From NCBI GenBank assembly GCA_963720755.1, contig CAVRGP010000011.1, positions 903,979 through 967,978 of the forward strand: a DNA stretch of 64,000 bases, in the 5' to 3' direction. Below, piece after piece: positions 1-10,711 of the stretch. Source of the DNA: an uncultured Chloroflexia bacterium. Its GTDB lineage: Bacteria; Chloroflexota; Limnocylindria; Limnocylindrales; CSP1-4. A program made the position numbers and the translations under genes. The notes under the pieces are model-generated. The model did no database searches. It was given only the letters and a program-made list of their open reading frames with translations, and was not told the origin of the DNA. Each line of letters opens with the position of its first letter. Position 1 is the stretch's first letter.

Positions 1-1
1 A

Positions 2-475
2 GCCGGCGTTCCGACCCGGGTCATGACCGCGATCGCGATGAACGAAGTCGCCGAGCCGTACATCCGTCGGCGGGCGATCCGGCATCTCGAGAAGGGGCGG
101 GTGGCCCTGTTCGTGGCCGGCACGGGCAACCCATATTTCACGACGGATACGGCTGCCGCGTTGCGAGCCGTCGAGATCAACGCCGAGGTGCTGCTCAAGG
201 CAACCAAGGTGGATGGCGTCTACGACAAAGACCCCATGGCGCACGCCGATGCACAGCGCTACGCTCAACTCGGTTACACGGACCTCCTGCGCGACCAGCT
301 CAAGGTGCTCGATGCGACCGCCGTGAGTCTGTGCATGGAGAACGACTTGCCGATCGTCGTCTTCGACCTGAATCGCCCCGACAACATCACCCGTGTGGCT
401 GCCGGCGAGCCGGTCGGCACCCTCATCTCGGGTGCTCCGACCGGACCAGATGCCACCGACCCGGGAGGTGCCTAG
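2..475 (+). CDS. pyrH: UMP kinase (5'-partial)
   Basis: [43 protein letters not shown] motifs; frame open from window edge; upstream of frr. Confidence 0.97.
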   Translation, partial: AGVPTRVMTAIAMNEVAEPYIRRRAIRHLEKGRVALFVAGTGNPYFTTDTAAALRAVEINAEVLLKATKVDGVYDKDPMAHADAQRYAQLGYTDLLRDQLKVLDATAVSLCMENDLPIVVFDLNRPDNITRVAAGEPVGTLISGAPTGPDATDPGGA

Positions 476-476
476 C

Positions 477-1034
477 ATGAGCAGCCAGACGATCATCGAC
501 GCGGATCACAAGATGGCCCGCGCCGTGGAAGCCATGGAGCGCGACTTCCAGGGCATTCGGACCGGCCGTGCGTCGACCACGCTGGTCGAGCGCATCCACG
601 TGGATTATTACGGCACGTCGACACCGTTGAATCAGCTGGCGGGTATCAACGTCCCCGAACCCCATCAGATCGTCATCCAGCCCTGGGACCGCGGGGTGCT
701 CGGGGCGATCGAGAAGGCGATCACCAAGAGCGACCTTGGGCTGATGCCCACCGTGGATGGCACGGTGGTCCGGCTGAATATCCCGCCGTTGACCGAAGAG
801 CGTCGCAAGGATCTCGTCCGGGTCGTCCACAAAAGGATGGAAGAGGCGAGGGTCGAGATCCGCAACACCCGGCGAGATGCCGCCGACGCGATCAAGAAAG
901 AGGAGCGCGACGGCACGGTCGGGGCCGACGAGTCCCATCGCGACCTGGACGCGCTCCAGAAGACGACCGATCGCCACATCGCGGACGTGGACCGAGTCGG
1001 GGCGGGTAAGGAGCAGGAGGTCCTCGAGGTCTAG
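477..1034 (+). CDS. frr: Ribosome recycling factor
   Basis: IRTGRAS, YYGTSTPLNQLA, IPPLTEERRKDL; SD GGAGGTG 464-470 before ATG 477. Confidence 0.97.
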   Translation: MSSQTIIDADHKMARAVEAMERDFQGIRTGRASTTLVERIHVDYYGTSTPLNQLAGINVPEPHQIVIQPWDRGVLGAIEKAITKSDLGLMPTVDGTVVRLNIPPLTEERRKDLVRVVHKRMEEARVEIRNTRRDAADAIKKEERDGTVGADESHRDLDALQKTTDRHIADVDRVGAGKEQEVLEV

Positions 1035-1819
1035 TGGCGCGAGCCCACCTGGCGAGGCCGATCGACGCACAGCAGCCTGAGCCACCGTCGCGGTCGGACG
1101 CACCCACGATCCTCAGTCCCGGGGACCTGCCGCCCGAAGAGCTGCCCCGCCATGTGGCGATCATCATGGACGGAAACCGCCGCTGGGCCAGATCCCGGGA
1201 TCTTCCCGAACTGGAGGGGCATGCCGCCGGCGTCGAGGCGATCCGCGAACTGCTCCGCCACGCCGTTCGCCGGGGCGTTCCGGTATTGACGCTCTATGCG
1301 TTCAGCCGTGAGAACTGGGCCCGTCCGGACGATGAAGTGACCGGCCTGTTCGGGCTCCTCGAGGCCGCCATCCGCAGTGAGACGGACGAGCTCCGTGCGA
1401 ATGGCGTGCGGGTCCGGTTGCTCGGACGGCTCGACGAGCTGCCGGAAGCGACTCGAGCATCCATCGCCGACGCCATCGACGCGACCGCAGGCGGGCAACG
1501 GTTGGTGCTGAACATCGCCTTCAATTACGGCGGGCGAACGGAGATCATCGACGCCTGTCGTCGGCTCATCGAGAGCGGCATCGCCCCCGCAGCGATCGAC
1601 GAATCGGCCTTCAGCGAGGTCCTGTACACGGCTGGTCTGCCGGATCCGGACCTGGTCATCCGGACGGGCGGCGAACAGCGGCTCTCCAACTTCCTCATCT
1701 GGCAGGCGGCCTACGCCGAGTTCTACACGAGCGATGCGCTGTGGCCAGACTTCGACCCAGCTGCGTTCGATGCGGCCCTGCTCGAGTTCGCCCGGCGCCA
1801 ACGGCGTTTCGGACGCTGA
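1034..1819 (+). CDS. uppS: Undecaprenyl/polyprenyl diphosphate synthase
   Basis: HVAIIMDGNRRWA, YAFSRENWARP, PDLVIRTGGEQRLSNFLIWQ. Confidence 0.96.
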   Translation: MARAHLARPIDAQQPEPPSRSDAPTILSPGDLPPEELPRHVAIIMDGNRRWARSRDLPELEGHAAGVEAIRELLRHAVRRGVPVLTLYAFSRENWARPDDEVTGLFGLLEAAIRSETDELRANGVRVRLLGRLDELPEATRASIADAIDATAGGQRLVLNIAFNYGGRTEIIDACRRLIESGIAPAAIDESAFSEVLYTAGLPDPDLVIRTGGEQRLSNFLIWQAAYAEFYTSDALWPDFDPAAFDAALLEFARRQRRFGR

Positions 1820-1839
1820 CGGCGAACGGGAGGGCGACC

Positions 1840-2667
1840 ATGCGCGAGCGGGCGATCAGCGCTGCTGTCCTGGTACCGGTCTTGCTGGTCGTGCTCGCCC
1901 TTGGCGGTTTCGTCCTGGCCGCGGCCGTGGCGCTGATCACGATCTTCGCGGCGATCGAAGTCTTCCGGCTGCTCAAGGCAGCTGGGTACCTCGCGTTCGC
2001 GTCGCTCGGCACCGTGCTGGCGCTGTTCGTGGTCCTCGATGCCGCCTTCCCGCAGGTCCTCGAAGGGAGCGGCCTGCTCCTGGTGGCGATCGGGATCATC
2101 CTAGCCGCGGTGGCGTCGTTCACCAGGGTCGACCCGCGTGATTCGCTCCAGACGTGGATGGCCACGGTCTTTGGCGCCCTCTACGTCTCGCTGCTGTCGT
2201 TCATCATCCGCCTCGGCCAGACGGCACCCGACGTGCCCGCCGGGTCGCCGCTCGAGATCGTCGGGGCCGAACGCGGCTGGATCCTCCTCCTCGTCCTGGC
2301 GGTGTGGTCCTACGACACCGGGGCCTTCCTCGTCGGCAAGAACTTCGGACGGACGAAGTTCCTGACCCATATCTCGCCATCGAAGACGCTTGAAGGCCTC
2401 GCCGGGGGAGTCGTCGCGACGACGCTGGTGGTGGCATTGCTCCTGTGGGGTCTCGGTCAGGTTCCGGTCCACGCGCTCATCCTCGGGCCGCTGACCGCGC
2501 TTGCGGCGCAGGCGGGCGATCTCGCCGAATCGGTCATCAAGCGAGCCGCCGGAGCGAAGGATTCCGGGACCCTGATCCCCGGCCATGGCGGGATGCTCGA
2601 TCGGGTCGATTCGTTCATCTTCGCGGCCCCGGTCGTGACCCTGTATGTCATCGCCTTCATCCGCTGA
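1840..2667 (+). CDS. cdsA: Phosphatidate cytidylyltransferase
   Basis: Hydrophobic; ISPSKTLEG and GDLAESVIKRAAGAKDSGTLIPGHGGMLDRVDS motifs. Confidence 0.95.
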   Translation: MRERAISAAVLVPVLLVVLALGGFVLAAAVALITIFAAIEVFRLLKAAGYLAFASLGTVLALFVVLDAAFPQVLEGSGLLLVAIGIILAAVASFTRVDPRDSLQTWMATVFGALYVSLLSFIIRLGQTAPDVPAGSPLEIVGAERGWILLLVLAVWSYDTGAFLVGKNFGRTKFLTHISPSKTLEGLAGGVVATTLVVALLLWGLGQVPVHALILGPLTALAAQAGDLAESVIKRAAGAKDSGTLIPGHGGMLDRVDSFIFAAPVVTLYVIAFIR

Positions 2668-3898
2668 GCGGCGGGACCCAGGGGAGCGCCGCCCACATCG
2701 GGTCGCGTTGCTTGGCTCGACCGGCTCCATCGGGCGTCAGACCGTCGACGTCCTGGCGGCGCACCCGGACGCGTTCGAGGTCGTCGCCCTGGCGGCCGGA
2801 TCGAATGCGGCACTCCTCGCCAGCCAGGCCGCTCGGTTTCGACCCCTGATGGTTGCCCTGGCGGACCCCGGGGCCAGGGCGGGACTCGATCTGCCGACCG
2901 GCACGGCACTCGTCGGTGGTGCGGATGCCCTTGAGGTCCTGGCGACCCGTGATGACGTCGATCTGGTCATCGTCGCGACGGGCGGCGTCGTCAGTCTCCG
3001 GCCGGTGCTGGCTGCGTTGCGGGCGGGCAAGGTCGTCGCCACCGCAAACAAGGAGACGCTGGTCGCGGGCGGCCACCTTGTGATGCCGCTGGCTCGGGCG
3101 CTCGCGGCCCGGGTGCGCGATGCGGGGCCCGCGGATCCGTACGAGAGCCCCCTCGCCTGGCTCCGGCCGATCGATTCCGAACATTCGGCGATCTGGCAAT
3201 GCCTGGTCGGCGAGTCGAGCACCAGCGTCGCGGGCCTGATCCTGACCGCATCGGGCGGCCCGTTCCTCGACTTCGAGTCGGCTCGACTCGCCGTGGTCAC
3301 ACCCGAACAAGCCCTGCGCCATCCGACCTGGACGATGGGCGCCAAGATCACGGTCGACTCGGCCACCCTGGCCAACAAGGGCCTGGAAGTCATCGAGGCA
3401 CACTGGCTGTACGATGTCGATTACGACGACATCGAGGTCGTTATCCATCCTCAGAGCGTCATCCATTCGGCCGTTCGGTTCGTCGATGGATCGCTCAAGG
3501 CCCAGCTGGGCACTCCTGACATGAGGCTCCCGATCCAGTACGCCTTGACTTACCCAGACCGACGGCCCTCACCGGCTGCACCACCGGACCTCGTCGCCAC
3601 CGGGCGACTCGAGTTCGAGGCGCCCGATGTGGAGAGATTCCCGGCGCTCCGGATCGCTCGGGAGGCGGGCCGGCTCGGACCTCATGCGTCGGCGGCCCTG
3701 ATCGCCGCGGATGAGATCGCCGTGAGCCGCTTCCTCGAGGGGTCGCTGGGCTTCTCGGAGATCCCGGCGCTCCTCGAATCCGCCGTCATCCGCTTCGGCA
3801 CCACCGACCGTCCAGATCCGGACGTCGAGGCCCTGGTCGTCCTCGACCGGGCCGTTCGCGAGACATTCGCCAAGACCCGCTTCGGAGTATCAGCGTGA
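2645..3898 (+). CDS. dxr: 1-deoxy-D-xylulose-5-phosphate reductoisomerase
   Basis: LGSTGSIG, ANKETLV, PIDSEHSAIWQ, TASGGPF, WTMGAKITVDSAT. Confidence 0.96.
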   Translation: MSSPSSAERRDPGERRPHRVALLGSTGSIGRQTVDVLAAHPDAFEVVALAAGSNAALLASQAARFRPLMVALADPGARAGLDLPTGTALVGGADALEVLATRDDVDLVIVATGGVVSLRPVLAALRAGKVVATANKETLVAGGHLVMPLARALAARVRDAGPADPYESPLAWLRPIDSEHSAIWQCLVGESSTSVAGLILTASGGPFLDFESARLAVVTPEQALRHPTWTMGAKITVDSATLANKGLEVIEAHWLYDVDYDDIEVVIHPQSVIHSAVRFVDGSLKAQLGTPDMRLPIQYALTYPDRRPSPAAPPDLVATGRLEFEAPDVERFPALRIAREAGRLGPHASAALIAADEIAVSRFLEGSLGFSEIPALLESAVIRFGTTDRPDPDVEALVVLDRAVRETFAKTRFGVSA

Positions 3899-4998
3899 CC
3901 GGTGTTATCCAATCGGCGATCACGATCGTCCTGTTCATCCTGATCCTGGGTGGGCTCGTGCTCATCCACGAATTGGGGCACTTCATCACGGCACGCCGGA
4001 TGAACGTGCGGGTGCTCGAGTTCGGGATCGGCTTCCCGCCGCGCGCCAAGGTCCTCCGTTCGAAGGGCGAGACCGTCTACACCCTGAACTGGCTGCCGAT
4101 CGGCGGCTTCGTCAAGCTCGAGGGCGAGGACGGCGACGATGCGGACGATCCGCGATCGTTTTCACACCAGGGGCTGGCCAGGAAACTGCTGATCCTGGTG
4201 GCTGGCGTCGCCATGAACATCCTGCTCGCATTCGTGATCTTCACGGGCATCGCCTGGCTGGCCTCGCCACTCGTCGGGGTCAAGTTCTTCGAAGTCCAGC
4301 CTGATTCGCCGGCGGCGGCCGCCGGCCTCCAGCCCGGCGACGCGATCATCGCCGTCGATGGGGACCGATACCAGTTCATCACGGGGTCGAATGCCCTGAC
4401 CGGGCTTCGGGACCGGGCCGGCCAATCGATCGACCTGACGATCGCAACCGTGGACGGCGAGCGCAAGGATGTGACCGTCGTGCTCCGGTCGGAGTCGGAG
4501 ATCGATGCCGAGCACGGCGCCCTCGGTATCTCGGGCGTGGACCGACCGTTCGAAGGCTATTTCTACGGCGAGTACACGACCAACGATCTGCCTACGGCCA
4601 TCGGTATCGGCGTCGAGCAGACGACCCACTGGATGGGCCTGATCGTGGGCGGCCTGGGCAGTCTCGTGACATCCGTCGTGTCGGACCCGACCGCGCCACC
4701 GCCGGTCTCGGGTCCGGTTGGGATCGCGACTCAGATCGGCGACATCTTCTGGAACAGCGGACCGATCATGACCCTGTATGTCGCGGGCATCCTGTCGGCC
4801 AATCTGGCAGTCGTCAATATCCTGCCGTTCCCTCCGCTCGACGGCGGTCGGATGCTGATGATCACGCTCAAGCGCATCTTCGGATCGCGGATCAGCCTGC
4901 GGGCGGAGCAGCTGACGTATGTGGTCGGATTCGTCTTCCTGTTCGCGTTCATCATCTGGGTGACCGGGTTCGACATCATCCGAAGCCTGGGCGGATGA
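3895..4998 (+). CDS. rseP: RIP metalloprotease (M50, PDZ)
   Basis: HELGH zinc motif, [24 protein letters not shown]. Confidence 0.94.
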   Translation: MTGVIQSAITIVLFILILGGLVLIHELGHFITARRMNVRVLEFGIGFPPRAKVLRSKGETVYTLNWLPIGGFVKLEGEDGDDADDPRSFSHQGLARKLLILVAGVAMNILLAFVIFTGIAWLASPLVGVKFFEVQPDSPAAAAGLQPGDAIIAVDGDRYQFITGSNALTGLRDRAGQSIDLTIATVDGERKDVTVVLRSESEIDAEHGALGISGVDRPFEGYFYGEYTTNDLPTAIGIGVEQTTHWMGLIVGGLGSLVTSVVSDPTAPPPVSGPVGIATQIGDIFWNSGPIMTLYVAGILSANLAVVNILPFPPLDGGRMLMITLKRIFGSRISLRAEQLTYVVGFVFLFAFIIWVTGFDIIRSLGG

Positions 4999-5020
4999 CC
5001 GGGCGGATGGATTCGCCTCG

Positions 5021-6289
5021 ATGACCGCACCGGATCTGCTCCGTCCGAGACGGCGCCCAACGGTCAGCGTGGATGTGGGCGGGGTCCTGATCGGCTCGGC
5101 CCACCCCGTCGTCGTCCAGTCGATGACGAATACCGACACCGCGGACGCTGACGCGACGGCGATCCAGGTCGCTCGATTGGCCCATGCCGGGTCGCAGCTC
5201 GTCCGGGTCACGGTCAACTCGGACGCGGCGGCAGCGGCGGTCCCGGAAATGGTTCGGAAGGTGCGGGGCCTCGGCGTCGACGTCCCGATCGTCGGCGATT
5301 TCCACTACAACGGGCACAAGTTGCTGCACGATCATCCAGCCGCCGCGGCGGCGCTGGCGAAGTACCGGATCAACCCCGGCAATGTCGGTGCAAAACGACA
5401 CGACGAGCATTTCGCGACGATCGTCAGGATCGCCATCGATCTCGACAAGCCCATCCGGATCGGCGTCAACTGGGGATCCCTGGATCAGGCGATCCTGACC
5501 GAGCTGATGGACGTCAACGCGAATGCCGCGGAGCCACGCGACGCGCGGGACGTGATGATCGAGGCGATGCTCCAATCGGCGATGCGGTCTGCGGAGCTGG
5601 CCGAGGCGACCGGGATGCGTCACGACCGGATCATCCTGTCGGCCAAGGTGTCCGGGGTCCGAGATCTGATCGACGTCTACCGCCTGCTAGCCGCCCGAAG
5701 CGACTACCCGCTCCATCTCGGCCTGACCGAGGCGGGGATGGGCGATCGCGGGATCGTCGCCTCGACCGCCGGGCTCGCCGTCCTGCTCAACGAGGGGATC
5801 GGTGACACGATCCGCGTGTCGCTGACGCCCGAACCCGGAGCGCCCCGTGAACGTGAGGTGGAGGTAGCCCAGCAGGTCCTCCAGTCGATGGGCCTGCGTT
5901 CGTTCCTGCCGCAGGTGTCGGCCTGCCCGGGATGCGGCCGCACGACGTCAACGTTCTTCCAGGAGATGGCCCAGCAGATCCAGGCATATCTGAAGGATCA
6001 GATGCCGGTCTGGCGCCAGACCCATCCCGGTGCCGAGTCACTCCGTGTGGCGGTGATGGGCTGCGTCGTGAACGGTCCGGGTGAGAGCAAGCATGCGGAT
6101 ATCGGGATCTCGCTGCCCGGCACCTTCGAGGAGCCCGTCGCGCCCGTCTTCATCGATGGGCGGCTGGACCGGACCCTTCGCGGTGATGGTCTGGTGGCGG
6201 AGTTCATCGACATCCTCGAGGCGTATGTCGCCGACCGGTTCCCGACACCGGCGCCGTCGACCCCGATCGGAAGCAGGGCGTCCGCGTAG
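5021..6289 (+). CDS. ispG: HMB-PP synthase (GcpE)
   Basis: [29 protein letters not shown] and [11 protein letters not shown] Fe-S motifs. Confidence 0.96.
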   Translation: MTAPDLLRPRRRPTVSVDVGGVLIGSAHPVVVQSMTNTDTADADATAIQVARLAHAGSQLVRVTVNSDAAAAAVPEMVRKVRGLGVDVPIVGDFHYNGHKLLHDHPAAAAALAKYRINPGNVGAKRHDEHFATIVRIAIDLDKPIRIGVNWGSLDQAILTELMDVNANAAEPRDARDVMIEAMLQSAMRSAELAEATGMRHDRIILSAKVSGVRDLIDVYRLLAARSDYPLHLGLTEAGMGDRGIVASTAGLAVLLNEGIGDTIRVSLTPEPGAPREREVEVAQQVLQSMGLRSFLPQVSACPGCGRTTSTFFQEMAQQIQAYLKDQMPVWRQTHPGAESLRVAVMGCVVNGPGESKHADIGISLPGTFEEPVAPVFIDGRLDRTLRGDGLVAEFIDILEAYVADRFPTPAPSTPIGSRASA

Positions 6290-6352
6290 GTCGCTCTCGA
6301 CCCGTGGGTGGGACCTGGGGTCGGGCAGCCCGGCCGTCCACGCTCCCGGGTG

Positions 6353-6358
6353 TATACT
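6353..6358 (+). promoter_or_regulatory. Putative sigma70 -10 box of nusA operon
   Basis: TATACT ~25 nt upstream of the leader hairpin. Confidence 0.55.
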
Positions 6359-6382
6359 TCGGCGCAACTGAACGGCCGCTCC

Positions 6383-6412
6383 GGGACGTGGGTGACCCCC
6401 ACGTCTCTTTTT
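6383..6412 (+). terminator. nusA-operon leader attenuator (rimP-leader-like) hairpin plus U tract
   Basis: GGGACGTGGG-TGACC-CCCACGTCTC-TTTTT between promoter and nusA start. Confidence 0.75.
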
Positions 6413-6454
6413 GAGTGGCGCACGACGAAACACGCACAGCGAACGGAGGCCATC

Positions 6455-7939
6455 GTGAGTCGAGACTTCGTGGGTGCCCTCCTGCAGCTCAACGCCGAGA
6501 AGCAGATCTCGCGCGAGCAACTGATCGGAGCCGTCGAGGACGGGATCCAGTCGGCGTATCGGCGGGTAGCCGGGGACGAAGATATCCATGTCCGGATCGA
6601 TGGCGAGACGGGCAAGATCCGGGTATTCCGTGCCCGCCGCGTCGTCGCCGAGATCGAGGATGAAGCCACCGAGATCACACTCGCGCAGGCGCAGGGACAC
6701 GAACCCAACGCCGAGATCGGCGACCTTGTCGAGACCGAGCAGCTCGACGGCGATGTCTTCGGCCGGATCGGGGCGCAGACCGCGAAGCAGATCGTCCTGC
6801 AGCGGATCCGCGAGGTCGAGCGCGACCAGGTCTTCGACCAGTTCGCGAGTCGCGAGGGCGAGCTCATGAACGGCACGGTCAATCGGGTCGAGCCGCGGGC
6901 GATCATCCTGGACGTCGGCAAGAACGTCGAGGCCATCCTGGCCACAACGGAGCAGTCGACCCTCGAGCACTACCGGATCGGCCAGAACGTCAAGGCGTAC
7001 GTACTCGAAGTGCGGCGCTCGACGAGAGGCCCGCAGATCTTCGTCAGTCGCAGCCATAAGGGCTTCCTGAAGCGCCTGTTCGAACTCGAGGTGCCCGAGA
7101 TCAGCGCCGGCACCGTCGAGATCAAGGCCATCGCGCGCGAAGCCGGGAGCCGCTCGAAAGTGGCCGTCGCTTCGCGACAGGAAGGGCTCGATCCCGTCGG
7201 GGCGACCGTCGGGCAACGTGGTGCCCGTGTCCAGGCGGTGGTCGCGGAGCTCGCGGGCGAAAAGATCGATGTGATCCCGTGGAGCGACGACGCCGGCGTG
7301 TTCGTGGCCAATGCTCTCAGTCCGGCCCAGGTCCTGGGGGTGGACATCGACGAGGAGCACCGCATCGCCAGCGTGACCGTGCCGGAGCGGATGCTCTCCC
7401 TGGCGATCGGACGCGAGGGCCAGAACGCTCGACTCGCCGCCCGGTTGTCGGGCTGGCGGATCGACATCCGGAGCGATGTGTCGGTCGCCGAAGCGAAGGC
7501 GGCCGCCGATGCAGTCGAGGAGGCGGCACCGGTCGCCGCGGTCGAGCCGCCGTCCATGCCAGACCCGGCTGGGTCGACGCCGGGACTGGACGCGCTCGCC
7601 GAGGATGCGCCGGAGGTCCCGGCCGCCAAGAAGGCCGCCGCGAAGACCAAGGCCACGGCCAAGATCCCAACGAAGACCGCAACGACGGCTACTGCCAAGG
7701 CCACCACCAAGGCCGCGGCAAAGAAGGCCCCCATGGCCAAGAAGGCCCCCGCAGCCAAGGTGACCGCGGCCACGGACGTCCCCGAAACGAAGAAGGCGAC
7801 GGCCAGCAAGCGCTCCACGACCGCCAAGGTCGCGCCGGTCGATGAGCCGTCGACCGCCGACACGCCGGCCGCCGCGAAGCCGAAGCGAGTCGCCAAGAAG
7901 GTGGTACCGGCCGCCGTCACCGAGGAGGTGGCGTCGTAG
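6455..7939 (+). CDS. nusA: Transcription termination factor NusA with long Ala/Lys/Thr-rich C-terminal tail
   Basis: FGRIGAQTAKQ, AREAGSRSKVAV, LAIGREGQNARLAARLSGWRIDI; SD GGAGG 6445-6449 and GTG 6455. Confidence 0.96.
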   Translation: MSRDFVGALLQLNAEKQISREQLIGAVEDGIQSAYRRVAGDEDIHVRIDGETGKIRVFRARRVVAEIEDEATEITLAQAQGHEPNAEIGDLVETEQLDGDVFGRIGAQTAKQIVLQRIREVERDQVFDQFASREGELMNGTVNRVEPRAIILDVGKNVEAILATTEQSTLEHYRIGQNVKAYVLEVRRSTRGPQIFVSRSHKGFLKRLFELEVPEISAGTVEIKAIAREAGSRSKVAVASRQEGLDPVGATVGQRGARVQAVVAELAGEKIDVIPWSDDAGVFVANALSPAQVLGVDIDEEHRIASVTVPERMLSLAIGREGQNARLAARLSGWRIDIRSDVSVAEAKAAADAVEEAAPVAAVEPPSMPDPAGSTPGLDALAEDAPEVPAAKKAAAKTKATAKIPTKTATTATAKATTKAAAKKAPMAKKAPAAKVTAATDVPETKKATASKRSTTAKVAPVDEPSTADTPAAAKPKRVAKKVVPAAVTEEVAS

Positions 7940-8259
7940 CCGGCGCGAGCCGACTCGCCGCGCGGCGGGTCCCCGATCGAACCTGCGTCGCCTGCCGGAC
8001 GGTCCGACAGAAGCGTGATCTGCTGCGCGTCGTTCGGACGCCAGCCGGGGAGGTCGTCGCCGACGAGACCGGCCGGGCGAACGGCCGCGGCGCGTATATC
8101 TGTCGGACGACGGACTGTCTCGACCGAGCGATCAAGAAGGGCGCCCTCAGCCGGGCGCTGAAATCTCCACTTCCGGCCGACCTGCGTGAGCAGCTCGTCG
8201 GGAGCCTGGAGTCCGAGATGACATCGACCATCGAAGGAGGGGCCCATGGCCAGGAGTAG
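7936..8259 (+). CDS. ylxR: YlxR/RnpM (DUF448) protein, absent from the ORF track (no canonical start)
   Basis: Hand translation: RRVPDRTCVACRTVRQKRDLLRVV...GRGAYICRTTDCLDRAIKKGALSRAL; syntenic between nusA and infB; start uncertain. Confidence 0.9.
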   Translation, partial: VAGASRLAARRVPDRTCVACRTVRQKRDLLRVVRTPAGEVVADETGRANGRGAYICRTTDCLDRAIKKGALSRALKSPLPADLREQLVGSLESEMTSTIEGGAHGQE

Positions 8260-10141
8260 GAGCGGCACCCGCGGCCGACGCGGACCCCGCAAGCCGCCGC
8301 GTCGAGACAGCGCGTTCAGTGGAGCTGGCGTCCAGACGCTCGATCCGCGCGAGCGTGGTCCGATCGAGCTGCCCGGTACGATCACCGTCAAGGAGCTGGG
8401 CGAACTCCTCGGGGTCAATCCGGCCGACATCATCCGCGAGCTGATCAAGAGCGGGATCTTCGCGACCATCAACCAGCTGATCGACCGCGATACCGCTTCA
8501 CTGGTGGCCGGGGAACTTGGCTACGAAGTGGCCGAGACCGAGCCGGCGGGCAGTGGCGACGAGGTCGAGGTCGAGGTCGGTGAGGCGACCAAGGAAGTCC
8601 TGTTCGAAGAGGACGATCCTTCCCTCCTGCAGCCGCGGGCACCGATCGTGACCGTCATGGGTCACGTGGACCACGGCAAGACGAGCCTGCTCGACGCGAT
8701 CCGGACGACCGAGGTCGCGTCCGGCGAACGTGGCGGGATCACCCAGCACATCGGGGCCAGCGAGGTCGTCCACGACGGCAAGCGCGTGGTCTTCCTCGAC
8801 ACGCCGGGTCACGAGGCGTTCACGGCGATGCGCGCACGTGGCGCCAAGGTCACGGACATCGCGATCGTGGTCGTGGCGGCCGACGACGGGGTCATGCCCC
8901 AGACGCTCGAGGCGATCAGCCACGCCAAGGCCGCCAAGGTGCCGATCATCATCGCCCTAAACAAGATCGACAAGCCGGATGCGAACGCCGATCGGGTCAA
9001 GACCGAATTGACCGAAGCCGGGATCGTGGTCGAGGAATACGGCGGCGACGTGCCGCTCGTCCCGGTGTCCGCCAAGACGCGGATCGGGCTCGAAGAACTG
9101 ATCGAGATGATCCTGCTGGTGGCCGATCTCCAGGAGCTCAAGGCCAACCCGAAACGATCGGCCATCGGCACGATCGTCGAGGCCAAGCTGGACAAGGGCA
9201 GAGGCCCCGTGGCCACGGCGCTGGTCCAGACCGGGACCTTGAAGGTCGGCGACATCATCGTGGTCGGTGAGACCTTCGGTCGCGTCCGGGCCCTGGAGAA
9301 CGACCAGGGCAAGCGAGTCACCAAGGCCGGACCGTCGACCGCGGTCGTCATCCTTGGCCTGTCCGACGTCCCGCAGGCCGGCGACATCCTCCGCGTCGTC
9401 GGCGACGAGAAGGCCGCCCGCACCATGGTCGAGACCCGCAAGTCCGCGTCCGCGGCCAAGAGCGGCGAAGCCAGCCGGGCGACCCTCGAGGACCTGTACA
9501 GCCAGATCCAGGCGGGTCAGGCACGCGAATTGCGGGTCATCCTCAAGTCAGACGTGTCGGGCTCGCTGGGTGCGATCACCCACGCCCTCGAACAGCTCGA
9601 CCAGGACGAGATCCGCCTCAATGTCCTGCTCGAGGGGGCAGGGGACATCACCGACAACGACATCATGCTGGCGGCTGCTTCGAACGCGATCGTCATCGGC
9701 TTCAACACCAAGATCACCGAGACCGCTCGTCGCGCGGCCGAGTCCGAGGGTGTCGATGTCAGGCTCTACGACATCATCTACAAGCTGACCGACGACGTGG
9801 AGGCCGCGCTCAAGGGCCTCCTCGAGCCCGAGATCGTGGAAGTCGTCGAAGGCCGAGCCGAGGTCCGACAGGTCATCCGGGTCGGGAAGAACACGGTCAT
9901 CGCCGGCTCGTTCGTGACCGACGGCCGGATCGTCCGCGGCGGCAACGCCCGGGTGTGGCGTAGTTCCAAGGTCATCGCCACCGACCGGATCGAGTCGCTT
10001 CGGCGCTTCCGCGATGACGTGCGTGAGGTGCAGACGAACTACGAATGCGGGATCGGGCTGGCCGCCTTCCACGACATCGTCGAAGGTGACGTGATCGAGT
10101 GTTTCACCTCGCAGACCGTCAGCCGGGTTTCGGCGAACTAG
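8246..10141 (+). CDS. infB: Translation initiation factor IF-2 (short form)
   Basis: [42 protein letters not shown]. Confidence 0.98.
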   Translation: MARSRSGTRGRRGPRKPPRRDSAFSGAGVQTLDPRERGPIELPGTITVKELGELLGVNPADIIRELIKSGIFATINQLIDRDTASLVAGELGYEVAETEPAGSGDEVEVEVGEATKEVLFEEDDPSLLQPRAPIVTVMGHVDHGKTSLLDAIRTTEVASGERGGITQHIGASEVVHDGKRVVFLDTPGHEAFTAMRARGAKVTDIAIVVVAADDGVMPQTLEAISHAKAAKVPIIIALNKIDKPDANADRVKTELTEAGIVVEEYGGDVPLVPVSAKTRIGLEELIEMILLVADLQELKANPKRSAIGTIVEAKLDKGRGPVATALVQTGTLKVGDIIVVGETFGRVRALENDQGKRVTKAGPSTAVVILGLSDVPQAGDILRVVGDEKAARTMVETRKSASAAKSGEASRATLEDLYSQIQAGQARELRVILKSDVSGSLGAITHALEQLDQDEIRLNVLLEGAGDITDNDIMLAAASNAIVIGFNTKITETARRAAESEGVDVRLYDIIYKLTDDVEAALKGLLEPEIVEVVEGRAEVRQVIRVGKNTVIAGSFVTDGRIVRGGNARVWRSSKVIATDRIESLRRFRDDVREVQTNYECGIGLAAFHDIVEGDVIECFTSQTVSRVSAN

Positions 10142-10177
10142 GGTGACACGTCCGGTCACGGACGGGCAGGGTTGGCA

Positions 10178-10711
10178 GTGAGCCAGCGAACCGAGCGCGT
10201 CGACGAATTGCTGCGCCAGGAGATCGGGTCGATCCTGACCCGGGATGTGGCCGATCCTCGGATCGGATTCGCGACGATCACGTCCGTGGAGACGACCACG
10301 GACCTGCGGCACGCCAAGATCTGGGTGTCGGTCATCGGGCAGCCGGCCGAACGCGATTCGGCCGTCGCGGCGTTGCGCCATGCGATGCCGTATGTCCGTC
10401 ATGAGTTGGGGAAGCGGCTACGCCTGAAGCGGATCCCGGATCTCCACGTTCACGTCGATGACACCGCGGAACGTGGGACACGCATCCTCCAGCTCCTGGC
10501 CGAGATCGAGGTGGGCTCCGTGCCGAGCGCGGACGTGCCGATCGTGGAGTCACTGCCGACACCGGTGGATCGGCTCCACCAGCCCGACGATCTGGCCGAA
10601 GAACCACCGTCGGCCGTCCGACCGCCCGTGTCGTCGTCGAGACCTCGCCGGAAGCGGCCCGACCAGCATTCCGGAAAGGCCCACGGGGCGCATCGCAAGG
10701 CGTCGAGATGA
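10178..10711 (+). CDS. rbfA: Ribosome-binding factor A with C-terminal extension
   Basis: RTERVDELLRQEI, DPRIG, DLRHAKIWVS, LRLKRIPDL. Confidence 0.94.
   Translation: MSQRTERVDELLRQEIGSILTRDVADPRIGFATITSVETTTDLRHAKIWVSVIGQPAERDSAVAALRHAMPYVRHELGKRLRLKRIPDLHVHVDDTAERGTRILQLLAEIEVGSVPSADVPIVESLPTPVDRLHQPDDLAEEPPSAVRPPVSSSRPRRKRPDQHSGKAHGAHRKASR

Noticed and set aside
7620-7900. Short GCCAAG/AAGGCC repeats as a CRISPR or tandem repeat
   Set aside because: They encode the low-complexity NusA tail; no fixed repeat-spacer periodicity
6970-8472. Long antisense and off-frame ORFs here and elsewhere (e.g. 32424-34847, 25291-27102)
   Set aside because: Shadow ORFs expected in high-GC DNA; no motifs, and they overlap well-supported genes
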